This document shows, in pieces, positions 1-9,418 of a stretch of DNA of 64,000 bases. Position numbers and translations under genes: made by a program. The notes under the pieces are model-generated. The model was given only the letters and a program-made list of their open reading frames with translations, did no database searches and was not told the DNA's origin. How positions within the stretch are numbered: position 1 is the stretch's first letter; each line of letters opens with the position of its first letter. The DNA is taken from contig JBDTMI010000004.1 in the NCBI GenBank assembly GCA_039934355.1, forward strand, positions 60,750 to 124,749, read 5' to 3'. This DNA comes from Gemmatimonadales bacterium (GTDB lineage: Bacteria; Gemmatimonadota; Gemmatimonadetes; Gemmatimonadales; GWC2-71-9).

Positions 1-1237
1 GTTGGGCCAGGCCGTCGGTGCCCGTCCCTCGTCTATCGGGCCGATCTACTTCGCTCGCGGTCGAGGGGAGTGTGGCGGGTTCACCGTCCCGGCCATCAAC
101 ATCCGAATGCTCACCTACGAGACGGCACGCGCCGTCTTCCGATCGGCCAAGCGGCGCGACGGTGGGGCGATCCTGCTGGAAATTGCCCGGTCGGAGATCG
201 CCTACACCGACCAGCGCCCCGCGGAATATGTGAGCGTCATCCTTGGCGCGGCGCTGCGCGAGGGGTACTTCCTTCCCATCTTTATTCAGGGCGATCACTG
301 CCAGGTCAACGCGAAGAAGTACCAGGCAGACCCGCGGGCCGAAGTGGACGAGGTGAAGAAGCTGATCGAGGAGGAAATCGGGGCGGGTTTCTACAACATC
401 GATGTGGACACCTCGACGCTGGTGGATCTCTCCCACCCGACCCTGCTGGAGCAGCAGCGGCTGAACTACGAGCACGCCGCCGAGATCACGGCCTTTATCC
501 GGGATCGGGAGCCGAAGGGGATCTCGGTTTCGGTCGGAGCGGAGATCGGCGAAGTGGGCCACAAGAACAGCACGGTGGAGGAACTGCAGGCCTTCATGGA
601 GGGGTACATCCCCGCGCTTCGTCGCCTGGGCGACTACGAGGGGATCTCGAAGATCTCGGTGCAGACCGGCACCAGCCATGGCGGCGTCGTGCTGCCCGAT
701 GGCACCATCGCCAAGGTGAAGCTGGATCTTGACGCGCTGGCCGCACTGTCGAAGGTCGCGCGCGACGAGTACGGAATGTCCGGCGCTGTCCAGCACGGGG
801 CGAGCACCCTGCCACAGGATGCCTTCGGAAATTTTGCCCGGCTGGAGACGGCGGAGATCCACCTCGCCACCAATTTCCAGAGCATGATTTTCGATCATCC
901 CGCGTTGCCGGCGGAGCTGCGGCAGCGGATGTATCAGTGGCTCGACGCGAATGCCGAAAGCGAGCGGAAGACCGGCGACACCCCGGACCAGTTCTACTAC
1001 AAGGCCCGGAAGAAGGCGATCGGTCCGTTCAAGCGGGAGGTCTGGTCGCTGCCGGCCGCCGTCCGCGGGGCGATCGCCGCGGATCTGGAAAAGATGTTCG
1101 ACTTTCTGTTCGACCAGCTCAAGGTTGGCGGCACGGCCGCCCTGGTTCGGACTTACGTCCAGGCGCCCTATCAGGCCCACGCCTCGCTGCAGAAGGCGCT
1201 GGTCACCGCGGTAGATGACGCCGAAGCGGGAGAATGA
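1..1237 (+). CDS. Class II (metal-dependent) fructose/ketose-bisphosphate aldolase family protein, 5' end probably cut by window edge
   Basis: ORF 2..1237. Motifs FTVPAINIR, IQGDHCQV, NIDVDTST, GAEIGEVG, VQTGTSHGG and VQHGASTLP are typical of the class II aldolase TIM barrel. The frame is open to position 1. Confidence 0.85.
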   Translation, partial: LGQAVGARPSSIGPIYFARGRGECGGFTVPAINIRMLTYETARAVFRSAKRRDGGAILLEIARSEIAYTDQRPAEYVSVILGAALREGYFLPIFIQGDHCQVNAKKYQADPRAEVDEVKKLIEEEIGAGFYNIDVDTSTLVDLSHPTLLEQQRLNYEHAAEITAFIRDREPKGISVSVGAEIGEVGHKNSTVEELQAFMEGYIPALRRLGDYEGISKISVQTGTSHGGVVLPDGTIAKVKLDLDALAALSKVARDEYGMSGAVQHGASTLPQDAFGNFARLETAEIHLATNFQSMIFDHPALPAELRQRMYQWLDANAESERKTGDTPDQFYYKARKKAIGPFKREVWSLPAAVRGAIAADLEKMFDFLFDQLKVGGTAALVRTYVQAPYQAHASLQKALVTAVDDAEAGE

Positions 1238-1240
1238 AAC

Positions 1241-1600
1241 ATGGCACGCGATGATGATCGGGAGGTTGTGTACGTCGAGCGGGGCGAGGGTTCGATCAAG
1301 CCGGTCCTGTTCGGCGCGCTCCTGGGGCTGGCGGTCGGTCTGTTGTTCGCGCCACAGAGCGGCGACGAAACCCGCCGGGCGCTGAACCGGCGGATGCGGA
1401 AGATGCGGGCGCTGGCCGAGGAGAAGGTGGACGAGCTGTCAGAGCGCATCAGCGGTGACGATGCTCGACCGACCCGCGAGCGGGAGGATACCCGGGAGGA
1501 TGTTCGCGGCGAGCTCGAACGGCGGGTATCGGAGGCGAGAGCCCGGCGTCGTCGCGCGCCCGCCCCGGTCGATGATGACGACGAGGAGCCCGTCGCCTGA
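1241..1600 (+). CDS. YtxH domain-containing (general stress-like) protein
   Basis: 119 aa. One N-terminal hydrophobic helix ending in LLFAPQSGDETR, followed by a charged helical tail, matching the YtxH family pattern. Starts 3 nt after the upstream stop. Confidence 0.7.
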   Translation: MARDDDREVVYVERGEGSIKPVLFGALLGLAVGLLFAPQSGDETRRALNRRMRKMRALAEEKVDELSERISGDDARPTREREDTREDVRGELERRVSEARARRRRAPAPVDDDDEEPVA

Positions 1601-1623
1601 GGGCGGAAGAGCTCCTCGGACGG

Positions 1624-2532
1624 TTGCGGTCCGCCGGTCCCTTCATCCGGCGAACCCTCACGCAGGCCGACCGGCATAACGTGCCGTTCCTGGCGAGCGC
1701 GCTGACCTTCGACGCGCTGCTGGCGGCCATTCCGTTGCTGCTGCTCCTGCTCGTCGGGCTGACCCACCTGGCTCGGCTCTCGGCGTCGGCCACTGCCCAG
1801 GACCTGCACGCGCTGTTCATGCGGATCGTGCCGCAGGCCACGGGCAACGGCGGCGGTCTCTTCGAGACTGTCGAACAGGCGCTGGCCGGCTTCACCCGTG
1901 CCCGCACCACGGTCTCGCTCTACGCCACGCCGCTCTTTCTCTGGTTCTCCACCCGCCTGTTCGCCTCGATCCGCACCTCGCTCACGCTGGTGTACGATGT
2001 GCCGCGCCGTCCCGAGGGCGGATCGATCGTGCTCGGGTACCTCGGGGGGAAACTCCGGGACACGATGATGGTCCTGCTGACCGTCGTCCTCGTGGCGGTC
2101 AATGCGGTCCTTACCTCGGGCATCCGGATGCTCGACACCCGCGGTCACGCGCTGGTCGGGGCGGTTCCGGTGCTCCGTTTTCTGGTGAGCGGTGTCGGCT
2201 ACCTGATCACGGAGCTGGTGGCCTTCGGCTCCGCGATCTGGCTCTTCTACCTCGTCTTCCGTCACGCCTCGCCGCGCCGGCTCCCGCGCCGCGCCGCGCT
2301 GGTCGGCTCGCTCTTCACTGCCGTGCTGTTCGAAGTCGCGCGGCGGCTGTACAGCTGGTACCTGCACCATCTGGCCGTGGTCGGCCGCTTCTCCACCGAC
2401 GTGAATATCGGTGCGCTGCTGCTGTTCATCGGCTGGCTCTACTACACCGCCGTGGTGTTTTTGCTCGGGGCGGTCGTGGCCGAGACCTGGGACCTGCGCG
2501 CCCGGCAGCGGCGGGCGGCCACGCCGGGCTAG
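1624..2532 (+). CDS. YihY/virulence factor BrkB family membrane protein
   Basis: 302 aa, about 6 TM helices. N-terminal FLASALTFDALLAAIPLLLLL signature of the YihY family. The TTG start is uncertain. Confidence 0.8.
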   Translation: MRSAGPFIRRTLTQADRHNVPFLASALTFDALLAAIPLLLLLLVGLTHLARLSASATAQDLHALFMRIVPQATGNGGGLFETVEQALAGFTRARTTVSLYATPLFLWFSTRLFASIRTSLTLVYDVPRRPEGGSIVLGYLGGKLRDTMMVLLTVVLVAVNAVLTSGIRMLDTRGHALVGAVPVLRFLVSGVGYLITELVAFGSAIWLFYLVFRHASPRRLPRRAALVGSLFTAVLFEVARRLYSWYLHHLAVVGRFSTDVNIGALLLFIGWLYYTAVVFLLGAVVAETWDLRARQRRAATPG

Positions 2533-2619
2533 CCGGTCGTCCAGTGTGGGGTACATTGCCCCAGCGGCACCAATGCCTGGTTCAACCCGTTTCCTGTCTA
2601 CCCCATACCCCCTCCCCAG

Positions 2620-5304
2620 ATGCGCCTGTGCGTCTCTCTGCTTGCCTGCCTGCTGTTCGGGCCGTCCCTGTTGCTCGCGCAGGAATTCGATTTCTACAGC
2701 CGCGGCCCCTACCGCTCGCAGGTACCCAGGCCCGAAGCGCTGCTGGGATATCCGGTCGGCTCGCAGCAGACGATGTATCACCAGCAGCAGCAGGTCCTCG
2801 ACCGGATGATCGAGGCCGCGCCCGACCGAGTGCGCACGGAGATCATCGGACGCACGGCGGAAGGGAAGGTGATGCGGCTGCTGATCATTTCCGCGCCGGA
2901 GAACCTGGCCCGGCTGACGGAGATCCGCGCCAATCTGTCCAAGCTGGCTGATCCACGGCAGAGCACTGCCGAGCAGGCGCGGGCGCTCGCGGACCGGACA
3001 CCGGTTACCGTGCTGCTTACTCATTCGGTGCACGGCAATGAGCCCGCCGGGTTCGAAGCCTCGATGCAGACGGCCTACCAGCTGCTCGCCTCGGAGGAGC
3101 CGGCCACCCTCGACATGCTGCGAAACGCCATTGTGCTCATCAACCCGTCGCAGAACCCCGACGGGCATGAGCGCTTCGCGGCGTGGAGCAATTCGGTCGC
3201 AGTGGGTGCGGACGATCCGGCCGCGCTCGAGCAGACCGAGCCGTGGGCCATCTGGGGCCGGTACAATCATTATCGCTTCGACATGAACCGCGATCTGCTG
3301 GCGCAATCCCAGCTGGAGTCGCAGGCCATTGCCAGCGTCTATGTCCGGTGGCGACCACAGGTCGTGGCGGATCTCCACAGCACCACCAGCCAGTATTTTT
3401 TTCCGCCGGTGGTCGAGGCCCACAACCAGAACCTGCCGCCGCGCACCTACCAGTGGTTCGAACGGTTCGGTCAGAGCAACGCCCAGGCCTTCGACGCCTA
3501 CGGCTGGCAGTACTACGTGCGCGACGTGTTCGACTTCTTCTATCCCGGTTACATCGACATGTGGCCGACGATGCGCGGCGGGCTTGGCATGACCTTCGAG
3601 ACCGATGGCGGACCGGAACTCCGGAAGCGGAAGGACGACGGCTCGGTCACCACCTTTGAAATGGCGATCGCGCATCACTACGTGGCATCGCTCGCGACCG
3701 TCGCCTATGCCGCCCGCACCCGCGTCGAGCGGCTGCAGGACTTTCACGCGTTTCACGCCACCGGACTGGTGGAGGCCCAGAAGCGTCCGTTTCGCCGGGT
3801 CGTGTTCAGTGGCCAGGACGAGGGGCGGGCGCTCTGGCTGGCGCAGCGGCTGGCCCGCGAGGAGATCGAGGTCACCCGCCTGTCGCAGCCGTTCACCACG
3901 CTTCGGGCGAATTCCTACCTCGGCGGCGCGGTCGTGAAGCGGACCTTTCCCGCGGGGGCATACGTGGTGGACCTGGCGCAGCCGGAGGCGCGGCTGGCGA
4001 CCACGATGCTTGAGCCACGCGCGGTCTTCGATTCCGGCTTCGTCCGCAAGCAGCTCGCCGCCTACCAGCGCAATCAGCGCCGGGGTGAGGATGAGAATAA
4101 GGAGGGGTACGAATTCTACGACGTGACCGCCTGGTCGCTTCCGTTGACACTCGGACTGGATGCATGGTGGACCGACGATACCGCCCGGGTGGCGGGCCAG
4201 CGAGTAAATGCCGCCGACGTGGCGGCGCCGCCCACGGCACCGGGGCGGGCGCTATCCGCGTATCTCTTCGCCGATGGCGGTGAAGCCGGTACGCGCCTCG
4301 CCACGCGGCTGCTGCGGGAGGGCTTCCGCGTCGGGATCGCGTCCAAACCCCTGCGTGCCGATGGGACGACCTGGCCGCGAGGCACGTTCGTGGCCCGGGT
4401 CCAGCGCAACGGGCCCACCCTGCACGAGCGGATTGCGATGCTTGCGACGCTGATCGGGGCCCAGGTGACGGCGGTCCGCTCGGCATTTCCCGATTCCGGC
4501 CAGGCGGGCGTTGGCAGCGAGAGCATCCTGCCCCTGCATGCCCCGCGCGTGCTGCTTGCCGCGGGCGATGGGATCGACCAGACATCGTTCGGTGCGGTCT
4601 GGTTCTATCTGGAGAAGGAGCTGGGCCTTCCCGTCACGCCGGTCAATGTCGCGCGTCTGGAGGACATCGACCTCTCGGACTACAATGTGCTTCTTTTTCC
4701 GAACGGGTCGGCCGATCGGCTCTGGCGCGAACTCGGCGAAGATGGCGCCACCGCGCTCAAGGCGTGGGTGCGCTCCGGCGGCGCGATCATCGGAATGGGA
4801 GACGCCGTTGAACTGCTGAGCCGCAAAGAGCTGGAGCTCACCACGGTCAAGGCGCTCGTCGCTGACACCACCGCCGTGAAAGACACGGCGCTCGCCGTCA
4901 CCGCCAGGCCGGGGCCGGTGCTGGTGTCGCCCACCGCGACGGCAGGTTCGGCTCCGGAATTCATTCCCGGCGCCATCTTCCGCGCCACGCTGGATCAGAG
5001 TCACTGGCTCACGCTTGGTTACCAGCAGGACCAGCTCCCGGTCTTCCTCGAAACCTCGAACCTGCTCCAGCCCTCGGCGAAGGGGGCCAACCCGGTGGTG
5101 TTCAGCGGCACCGAATTCACCCTCGGCGGATTCACCTGGCCGAACAACACTGATCGCTTCCTGCGCAACTCGGTCTGGGCTGCCGTCGAAACGGTCGGAA
5201 GTGGCAGTGTGGTGGTCTTCGCGGAAAATCCGGTCTACCGCGGTTTCTGGCGTGGTCCGGCTCGGCTCCTCACCAACGCGATTCTGCTGGCGCCCGGGCG
5301 GTGA
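2620..5304 (+). CDS. Secreted M14 family zinc carboxypeptidase (large multidomain form)
   Basis: 894 aa. Signal peptide MRLCVSLLACLLFGPSLLLAQE. Zn-binding HSVHGNEPAG (HxxE) motif and the later NPDGHERF segment are typical of M14 peptidases. Confidence 0.85.
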   Translation: MRLCVSLLACLLFGPSLLLAQEFDFYSRGPYRSQVPRPEALLGYPVGSQQTMYHQQQQVLDRMIEAAPDRVRTEIIGRTAEGKVMRLLIISAPENLARLTEIRANLSKLADPRQSTAEQARALADRTPVTVLLTHSVHGNEPAGFEASMQTAYQLLASEEPATLDMLRNAIVLINPSQNPDGHERFAAWSNSVAVGADDPAALEQTEPWAIWGRYNHYRFDMNRDLLAQSQLESQAIASVYVRWRPQVVADLHSTTSQYFFPPVVEAHNQNLPPRTYQWFERFGQSNAQAFDAYGWQYYVRDVFDFFYPGYIDMWPTMRGGLGMTFETDGGPELRKRKDDGSVTTFEMAIAHHYVASLATVAYAARTRVERLQDFHAFHATGLVEAQKRPFRRVVFSGQDEGRALWLAQRLAREEIEVTRLSQPFTTLRANSYLGGAVVKRTFPAGAYVVDLAQPEARLATTMLEPRAVFDSGFVRKQLAAYQRNQRRGEDENKEGYEFYDVTAWSLPLTLGLDAWWTDDTARVAGQRVNAADVAAPPTAPGRALSAYLFADGGEAGTRLATRLLREGFRVGIASKPLRADGTTWPRGTFVARVQRNGPTLHERIAMLATLIGAQVTAVRSAFPDSGQAGVGSESILPLHAPRVLLAAGDGIDQTSFGAVWFYLEKELGLPVTPVNVARLEDIDLSDYNVLLFPNGSADRLWRELGEDGATALKAWVRSGGAIIGMGDAVELLSRKELELTTVKALVADTTAVKDTALAVTARPGPVLVSPTATAGSAPEFIPGAIFRATLDQSHWLTLGYQQDQLPVFLETSNLLQPSAKGANPVVFSGTEFTLGGFTWPNNTDRFLRNSVWAAVETVGSGSVVVFAENPVYRGFWRGPARLLTNAILLAPGR

Positions 5305-6212
5305 AGGAGGCATCCCTCACGCTGGTCGTCCTTGCCGCGGGTCTCGGCAGCCGTTACGGAGGGGTGAAGCAGCTGGCTCCGGTTGGCGAGGACGGCGCCA
5401 CGCTCATGGACTATGCGGTCCACGACGCGTGGCGTGCTGGTTTTCGCCGAGTGGTGTTCGTCATTCGCCCCGAGCTGGAGTCCGCTTTCGGGGCATTGAT
5501 CGGGGCGCGCTATCGGGGGCGGATCGAGGTCACCACCGCGCTTCAGCGTCTGGAGGAGGTACCCGCAGGCGTGCTGAGACGCCCCGAACGCACCCGACCA
5601 TGGGGTACGGCGCAGGCGGTCCTCGCCGCTCGGGCGCAGGTGCCGGGCGGATGTGCCGTGCTCAACGCGGATGATTTCTACGGACGCGACGCGCTCGATC
5701 AGGCGGCGCGCTTCCTCCGCGACCTCGATCCGGCCGGGACGCTACATGCGGTGATCGGATACCCGATGGCGCTGACCGCCAGCCCAGCCGGCGGGGTAAA
5801 TCGCGCCGTGCTCGTCACGGGACCGGAGGGATTCCTCGCGAGCATCGAGGAAGTGAAGGAGTTGCAGGAGGTCGCGGGAGGTCGCTTCCGCGGGATGGCG
5901 GGAGCAGAAGTACGGGAGATCGCGGGCGACGCGCTGGTGTCGATGAATCTGTGGGCCTTTGCGCCGACGGTCTTTGGCGCGCTCGACGAGGCCTTTCGCC
6001 GGTTCCTGGCGGGGCAACCCGACGAGCGGGAGGAATGCTACCTGCCCACGGTGGTGGCGGGCATGATCGATTCGGGTCGGGCCCGGGTGCGTGTGCTGCC
6101 CACCGCGAGCCGGTGGTGCGGCATCACCTACGCGGAGGACCGTCCGCGGGTGGAGGCTGAACTCCGGGAGCTGGTGCGGCGGGGCGAGTATCCCGCCCGG
6201 CTGTGGTCGTGA
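5301..6212 (+). CDS. Sugar-phosphate nucleotidyltransferase (NTP_transferase family)
   Basis: 303 aa. N-terminal LVVLAAGLGSRYGGVKQL (GxGxR pyrophosphorylase loop), WGTAQAV and NADDFYG motifs. GTGA overlap with the upstream stop. Confidence 0.8.
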   Translation: MKEASLTLVVLAAGLGSRYGGVKQLAPVGEDGATLMDYAVHDAWRAGFRRVVFVIRPELESAFGALIGARYRGRIEVTTALQRLEEVPAGVLRRPERTRPWGTAQAVLAARAQVPGGCAVLNADDFYGRDALDQAARFLRDLDPAGTLHAVIGYPMALTASPAGGVNRAVLVTGPEGFLASIEEVKELQEVAGGRFRGMAGAEVREIAGDALVSMNLWAFAPTVFGALDEAFRRFLAGQPDEREECYLPTVVAGMIDSGRARVRVLPTASRWCGITYAEDRPRVEAELRELVRRGEYPARLWS

Positions 6213-7309
6213 CCGGCGCCCACGACCCTCGCCAGGCGCTGGCTGCCTTCGCTGTTCGGCAGGTGACAGGACTGAGCCGCCTGACGCGCGGTCATATCAA
6301 CAGTTCGTGGGAGCTGGACGGGGCCGGCCCGCTCGGCACCCGCAGGTACCTGCTGCAGCGTCTCAATCCATCGGTCTTTCCTGACGGTCCGGTGGTCCAC
6401 CGAAACATCGGGGCCCTCACCGATCATCTGCGTCGTGCGGCTGAGCGGGAAGGGGTGCAGGAGGTCGATCGCCGAGTAATGCGGCTGGCCCACCTTCCCG
6501 ACGGCGCCCCTGCGTGGCAGGCACTCGACGGCGCGTGGTGGCGGCTGCTGTTGTACATCGAACACACCAGGACCGTCACTCAGGTGACCGACCCGGCAGA
6601 GGCGGAGCAGGTCGGCCGTGCATTCGGGACGCTGCATCGGTGGCTCGCGGACTACGACGGCCCGCCGATCACCGAGACGCTCCCCAGTTTTCACGACAGC
6701 GCTGCCCGGCTGGCTCGGCTGGAGCTGGTCGTGGCGGAGGATCGACTGGGACGGGTCGCCGAGGTGATCGGTGCGGTGCGGGACGCCCGAAGCCGGAGCC
6801 AGTTCGCGGGGGTGTTGCCGCCGCTCCTCGCGACCGGGGCGCTGCCACGCCGCATCGTGCACAATGATGCGAAGGCGGCCAACGTGCTCCTGGATGCCGT
6901 GTCAGGCGCGTCGCTGGCCGTCGTGGACCTCGACACCGTGATGCCCGGGACGCTGCTCTCGGACGTCGGTGACCTGATCCGCTCCCTCGCCACGCACGCC
7001 GCCGAAGACGAACGGGAGCTCGACCGGATCACGGTCGAACTCCCGCTGGTGGAGTCGCTTGCCGGCGGATTTTTTGCCGAGTGCGGCCGCATCCTCGTGC
7101 CGGCGGAGCGCGAGCAGTTCGTGTTCGCCGGTTTGCTGCTCACCTGGGAACAGGGGGTCCGCTTCCTGACCGATCACCTCGAAGGCGACCGGTACTACGC
7201 CATCCAGCGTCCCGGTCACAACCGCGATCGGGCCCAGGCCCAGTTCCGGCTGCTTGCTGGGCTCGAGCAGTCGCGGGAAGCGCTCGAGTCGTGCGTCGCC
7301 GGGTTGTAG
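6203..7309 (+). CDS. Phosphotransferase enzyme family protein (APH/NahK-like kinase)
   Basis: 368 aa. Catalytic loop HNDAKAANVLLD and VVDLDTV (Brenner and DxD motifs of the APH/choline-kinase fold). Overlaps the nucleotidyltransferase gene by 10 nt. Confidence 0.75.
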   Translation: MVVTGAHDPRQALAAFAVRQVTGLSRLTRGHINSSWELDGAGPLGTRRYLLQRLNPSVFPDGPVVHRNIGALTDHLRRAAEREGVQEVDRRVMRLAHLPDGAPAWQALDGAWWRLLLYIEHTRTVTQVTDPAEAEQVGRAFGTLHRWLADYDGPPITETLPSFHDSAARLARLELVVAEDRLGRVAEVIGAVRDARSRSQFAGVLPPLLATGALPRRIVHNDAKAANVLLDAVSGASLAVVDLDTVMPGTLLSDVGDLIRSLATHAAEDERELDRITVELPLVESLAGGFFAECGRILVPAEREQFVFAGLLLTWEQGVRFLTDHLEGDRYYAIQRPGHNRDRAQAQFRLLAGLEQSREALESCVAGL

Positions 7310-7313
7310 CCCG

Positions 7314-9089
7314 TCAGCTGGTCCGTGCTGAGGACCCCCAGAGTTTCGGAACCAGCCGGAGCAGCCAGATGCCGCTGACGGTGAAGACACTGAGGAAGAC
7401 GAGCGCCTGCGGCGTCCGTCCGTACAGGAAGCTCCCGGTGCCGAAGAGTGCGGAGTAGACGAAAGCGATGCCGAGGGTCCAGCCGAGCAGGGCCTGCGGG
7501 AGGCTGTCGGGGGAGGGGCCGACGCCGGCTTCGGCCTGCACCGATCGCCAGCCAGGACCGGCGGGGCGAACCAGACGGTAGAAGGCGACCAGCCGGGAGC
7601 GTTCCGTTGGCTCGGTGAAGAACGCCGTGGTGATCCAGACGGTGGTCGTGATGGCGACGCTGAGGATGAGTGCGATCGCACCGTCGACCGGGTGGCCGCT
7701 TTTCGCCAGCACGGTAAAGCTGATCGCAAGCACGAAACTCGACAGCATCGCCGCGATCTCGCTCCAGGCGTTGACCCGCCACCAGAACCAGCGCAGCAGG
7801 TAGAGCAGGCCGGTGCCGGCACCGACTGACAGGAGCAGTTCGAACGCCTGACGGGCGCTGTCGAGCACCAGCGTGAATCCCGCCGCGACGACCATCAGCG
7901 CGGCCGTCACCAGTCGCCCCACCATGACATAGTGCCGCTCCTCTCTGCCGGGCTTCAGGAAGCGGCGATAGAAATCGTGCACCAGGTAGGAGGTGCCCCA
8001 GTTAAGATGGGTGCTGATGGTGGAGACGTAGGCCGCCAGCATCCCGGCGATCATCACGCCCAGGAAACCGGTGGGCAGGAACTTGAGCATGGCCGGATAC
8101 GCCATGTCGTGCCCGATCAGCTTCGGGTCGACGTAGGGGAAAGTCCTCGCGATGTCGCCGAGGTCCGGGAAGATGATGATCGAACAGAGGGCCACGATGA
8201 TCCAGGGCCAGCTGCGGATGGCGTAGTGGGCCACGTTGAAGAAAAGTGTTCCGGCCAGCGCGTCCCGTTCGCTCTTCGCGGCCAGCATCCGCTGCGCGAT
8301 ATAACTGCCGCCGCCGGGTTCCGCGCCGGGGTACCAGACCGACCACCATTGCACGGTGAGCGGCATGATCAGGACCGACACGGTGAGCCCCCAGTCGCTG
8401 AAGTCGGGCAGCAGGTTGAGGGTCTTCGGATCGGTCTTGGCAATCAGCCCGGCGAGCCCGCCGATCTCCGGCTGTCGCAGGCAGAAGACCGCGAGCGCAA
8501 TGGCACCGGTCATGGCGATGCCGAACTGGATGAAGTCGGTCACCAGCACGCCCCACAGCCCCGAGGTCGCCGCAAAGGCGATGTTGATCCCCGCGCAGAT
8601 CAGCAGCGTCTGACCGATCGGCCAGCCAAGCACCACATTCGCGATCTTGGCGGCGGCCAGGTTCACCGTCGCCATGATGGCGCAGTTGAAGAACAGCCCG
8701 AGGTAGAGCGCCCGAAACCCGCGGACTAGCGTCGCCGCCCGCCCGGAATACCGCACTTCGTAGAATTCGAGGTCGGTCATCACGCCACTGCGGCGCCACA
8801 AGCGGGCGTAGAAGAACACCGTCGCCATGCCGGTCAGCAGAAACGACCACCAGAGCCAGTTGTTGGCGACGCCCTTCTCGCGGATCAGGTTGGTGACAAG
8901 GTTCGGTGTGTCGGTACTGAACGTCGTCGCAACCATCGAGACGCCGATCAGCCACCACGGCGCGGCCCGGCCCGAGGTGAAGAACTCGGCGGTTGAGGAG
9001 CCGGCGCGGCGGGCGAGCAGGATGGCGGGAATGAAGGAGACGATGATGGACAGCACGACGATGGCCCAGTCGAGCGGCATCAGGTGCAT
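7314..9089 (-). CDS. Sodium:solute symporter (SSF) family transporter
   Basis: 591 aa polytopic membrane protein. N-terminus DWAIVVLSIIVSF...STAEFFTSGRAAPWWLIGVSMVATTFSTDTP is characteristic of the SSF family. Confidence 0.9.
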   Translation of the reverse strand: MHLMPLDWAIVVLSIIVSFIPAILLARRAGSSTAEFFTSGRAAPWWLIGVSMVATTFSTDTPNLVTNLIREKGVANNWLWWSFLLTGMATVFFYARLWRRSGVMTDLEFYEVRYSGRAATLVRGFRALYLGLFFNCAIMATVNLAAAKIANVVLGWPIGQTLLICAGINIAFAATSGLWGVLVTDFIQFGIAMTGAIALAVFCLRQPEIGGLAGLIAKTDPKTLNLLPDFSDWGLTVSVLIMPLTVQWWSVWYPGAEPGGGSYIAQRMLAAKSERDALAGTLFFNVAHYAIRSWPWIIVALCSIIIFPDLGDIARTFPYVDPKLIGHDMAYPAMLKFLPTGFLGVMIAGMLAAYVSTISTHLNWGTSYLVHDFYRRFLKPGREERHYVMVGRLVTAALMVVAAGFTLVLDSARQAFELLLSVGAGTGLLYLLRWFWWRVNAWSEIAAMLSSFVLAISFTVLAKSGHPVDGAIALILSVAITTTVWITTAFFTEPTERSRLVAFYRLVRPAGPGWRSVQAEAGVGPSPDSLPQALLGWTLGIAFVYSALFGTGSFLYGRTPQALVFLSVFTVSGIWLLRLVPKLWGSSARTS

Positions 9090-9261
9090 GGCAGAGCTCC
9101 CGAAGGGGTGGCCGTGCGGTGTGGTCTAGCGACTGAGCAGTGCGGGATGACGCGGCGCCGCGGGGGCGAGCGCATGGCACGCCGGGAAAGACAAAGGGAG
9201 TGTCCCAGGCACCCCGAAGCGACACTGGACATCGCTTAGCGCTGCTACCTCTCGGTCCTGA

Positions 9262-9374
9262 CGCGGTTCGCGCGCCGGCGACCTTCGGACCTGGGACGAG
9301 GGGAGTATAGCCCGCCCGCCCGGCCCGGAATAGGGGCAGCCACCGACCTCGGAGGGGCCGGTGCGCGCTCCGTC
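9262..9374 (+). ncRNA. ffs: Structured RNA candidate, possibly small SRP RNA (4.5S/ffs)
   Basis: A 14-bp closing helix (9265-9278 with 9358-9371; 12 pairs including one G-U, plus 2 mismatches) encloses GGCCCGGAAUAGGGGCAGCC, which resembles the SRP helix-8 motif GGUCCGGAAGGAAGCAGCC. It lies immediately upstream of dnaX, a position conserved for ffs in several phyla. The apical loop and arm lengths are atypical, so this is tentative. Confidence 0.4.
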
Positions 9375-9418
9375 AACCCGTCTAGCCCTCCAACCGCCGA
9401 GCCGACTAGCTTCCCGCC

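Noticed and set aside
1171-3756. 861-aa minus-strand ORF spanning the YtxH, YihY and M14 peptidase genes
   Set aside because: Its translation is low-complexity and Arg/Gly/Pro/Ser-rich with no recognisable motifs. It is antisense to three genes with clear family signatures. This is a typical shadow ORF of high-GC DNA, where stop codons are rare in the antisense frame.
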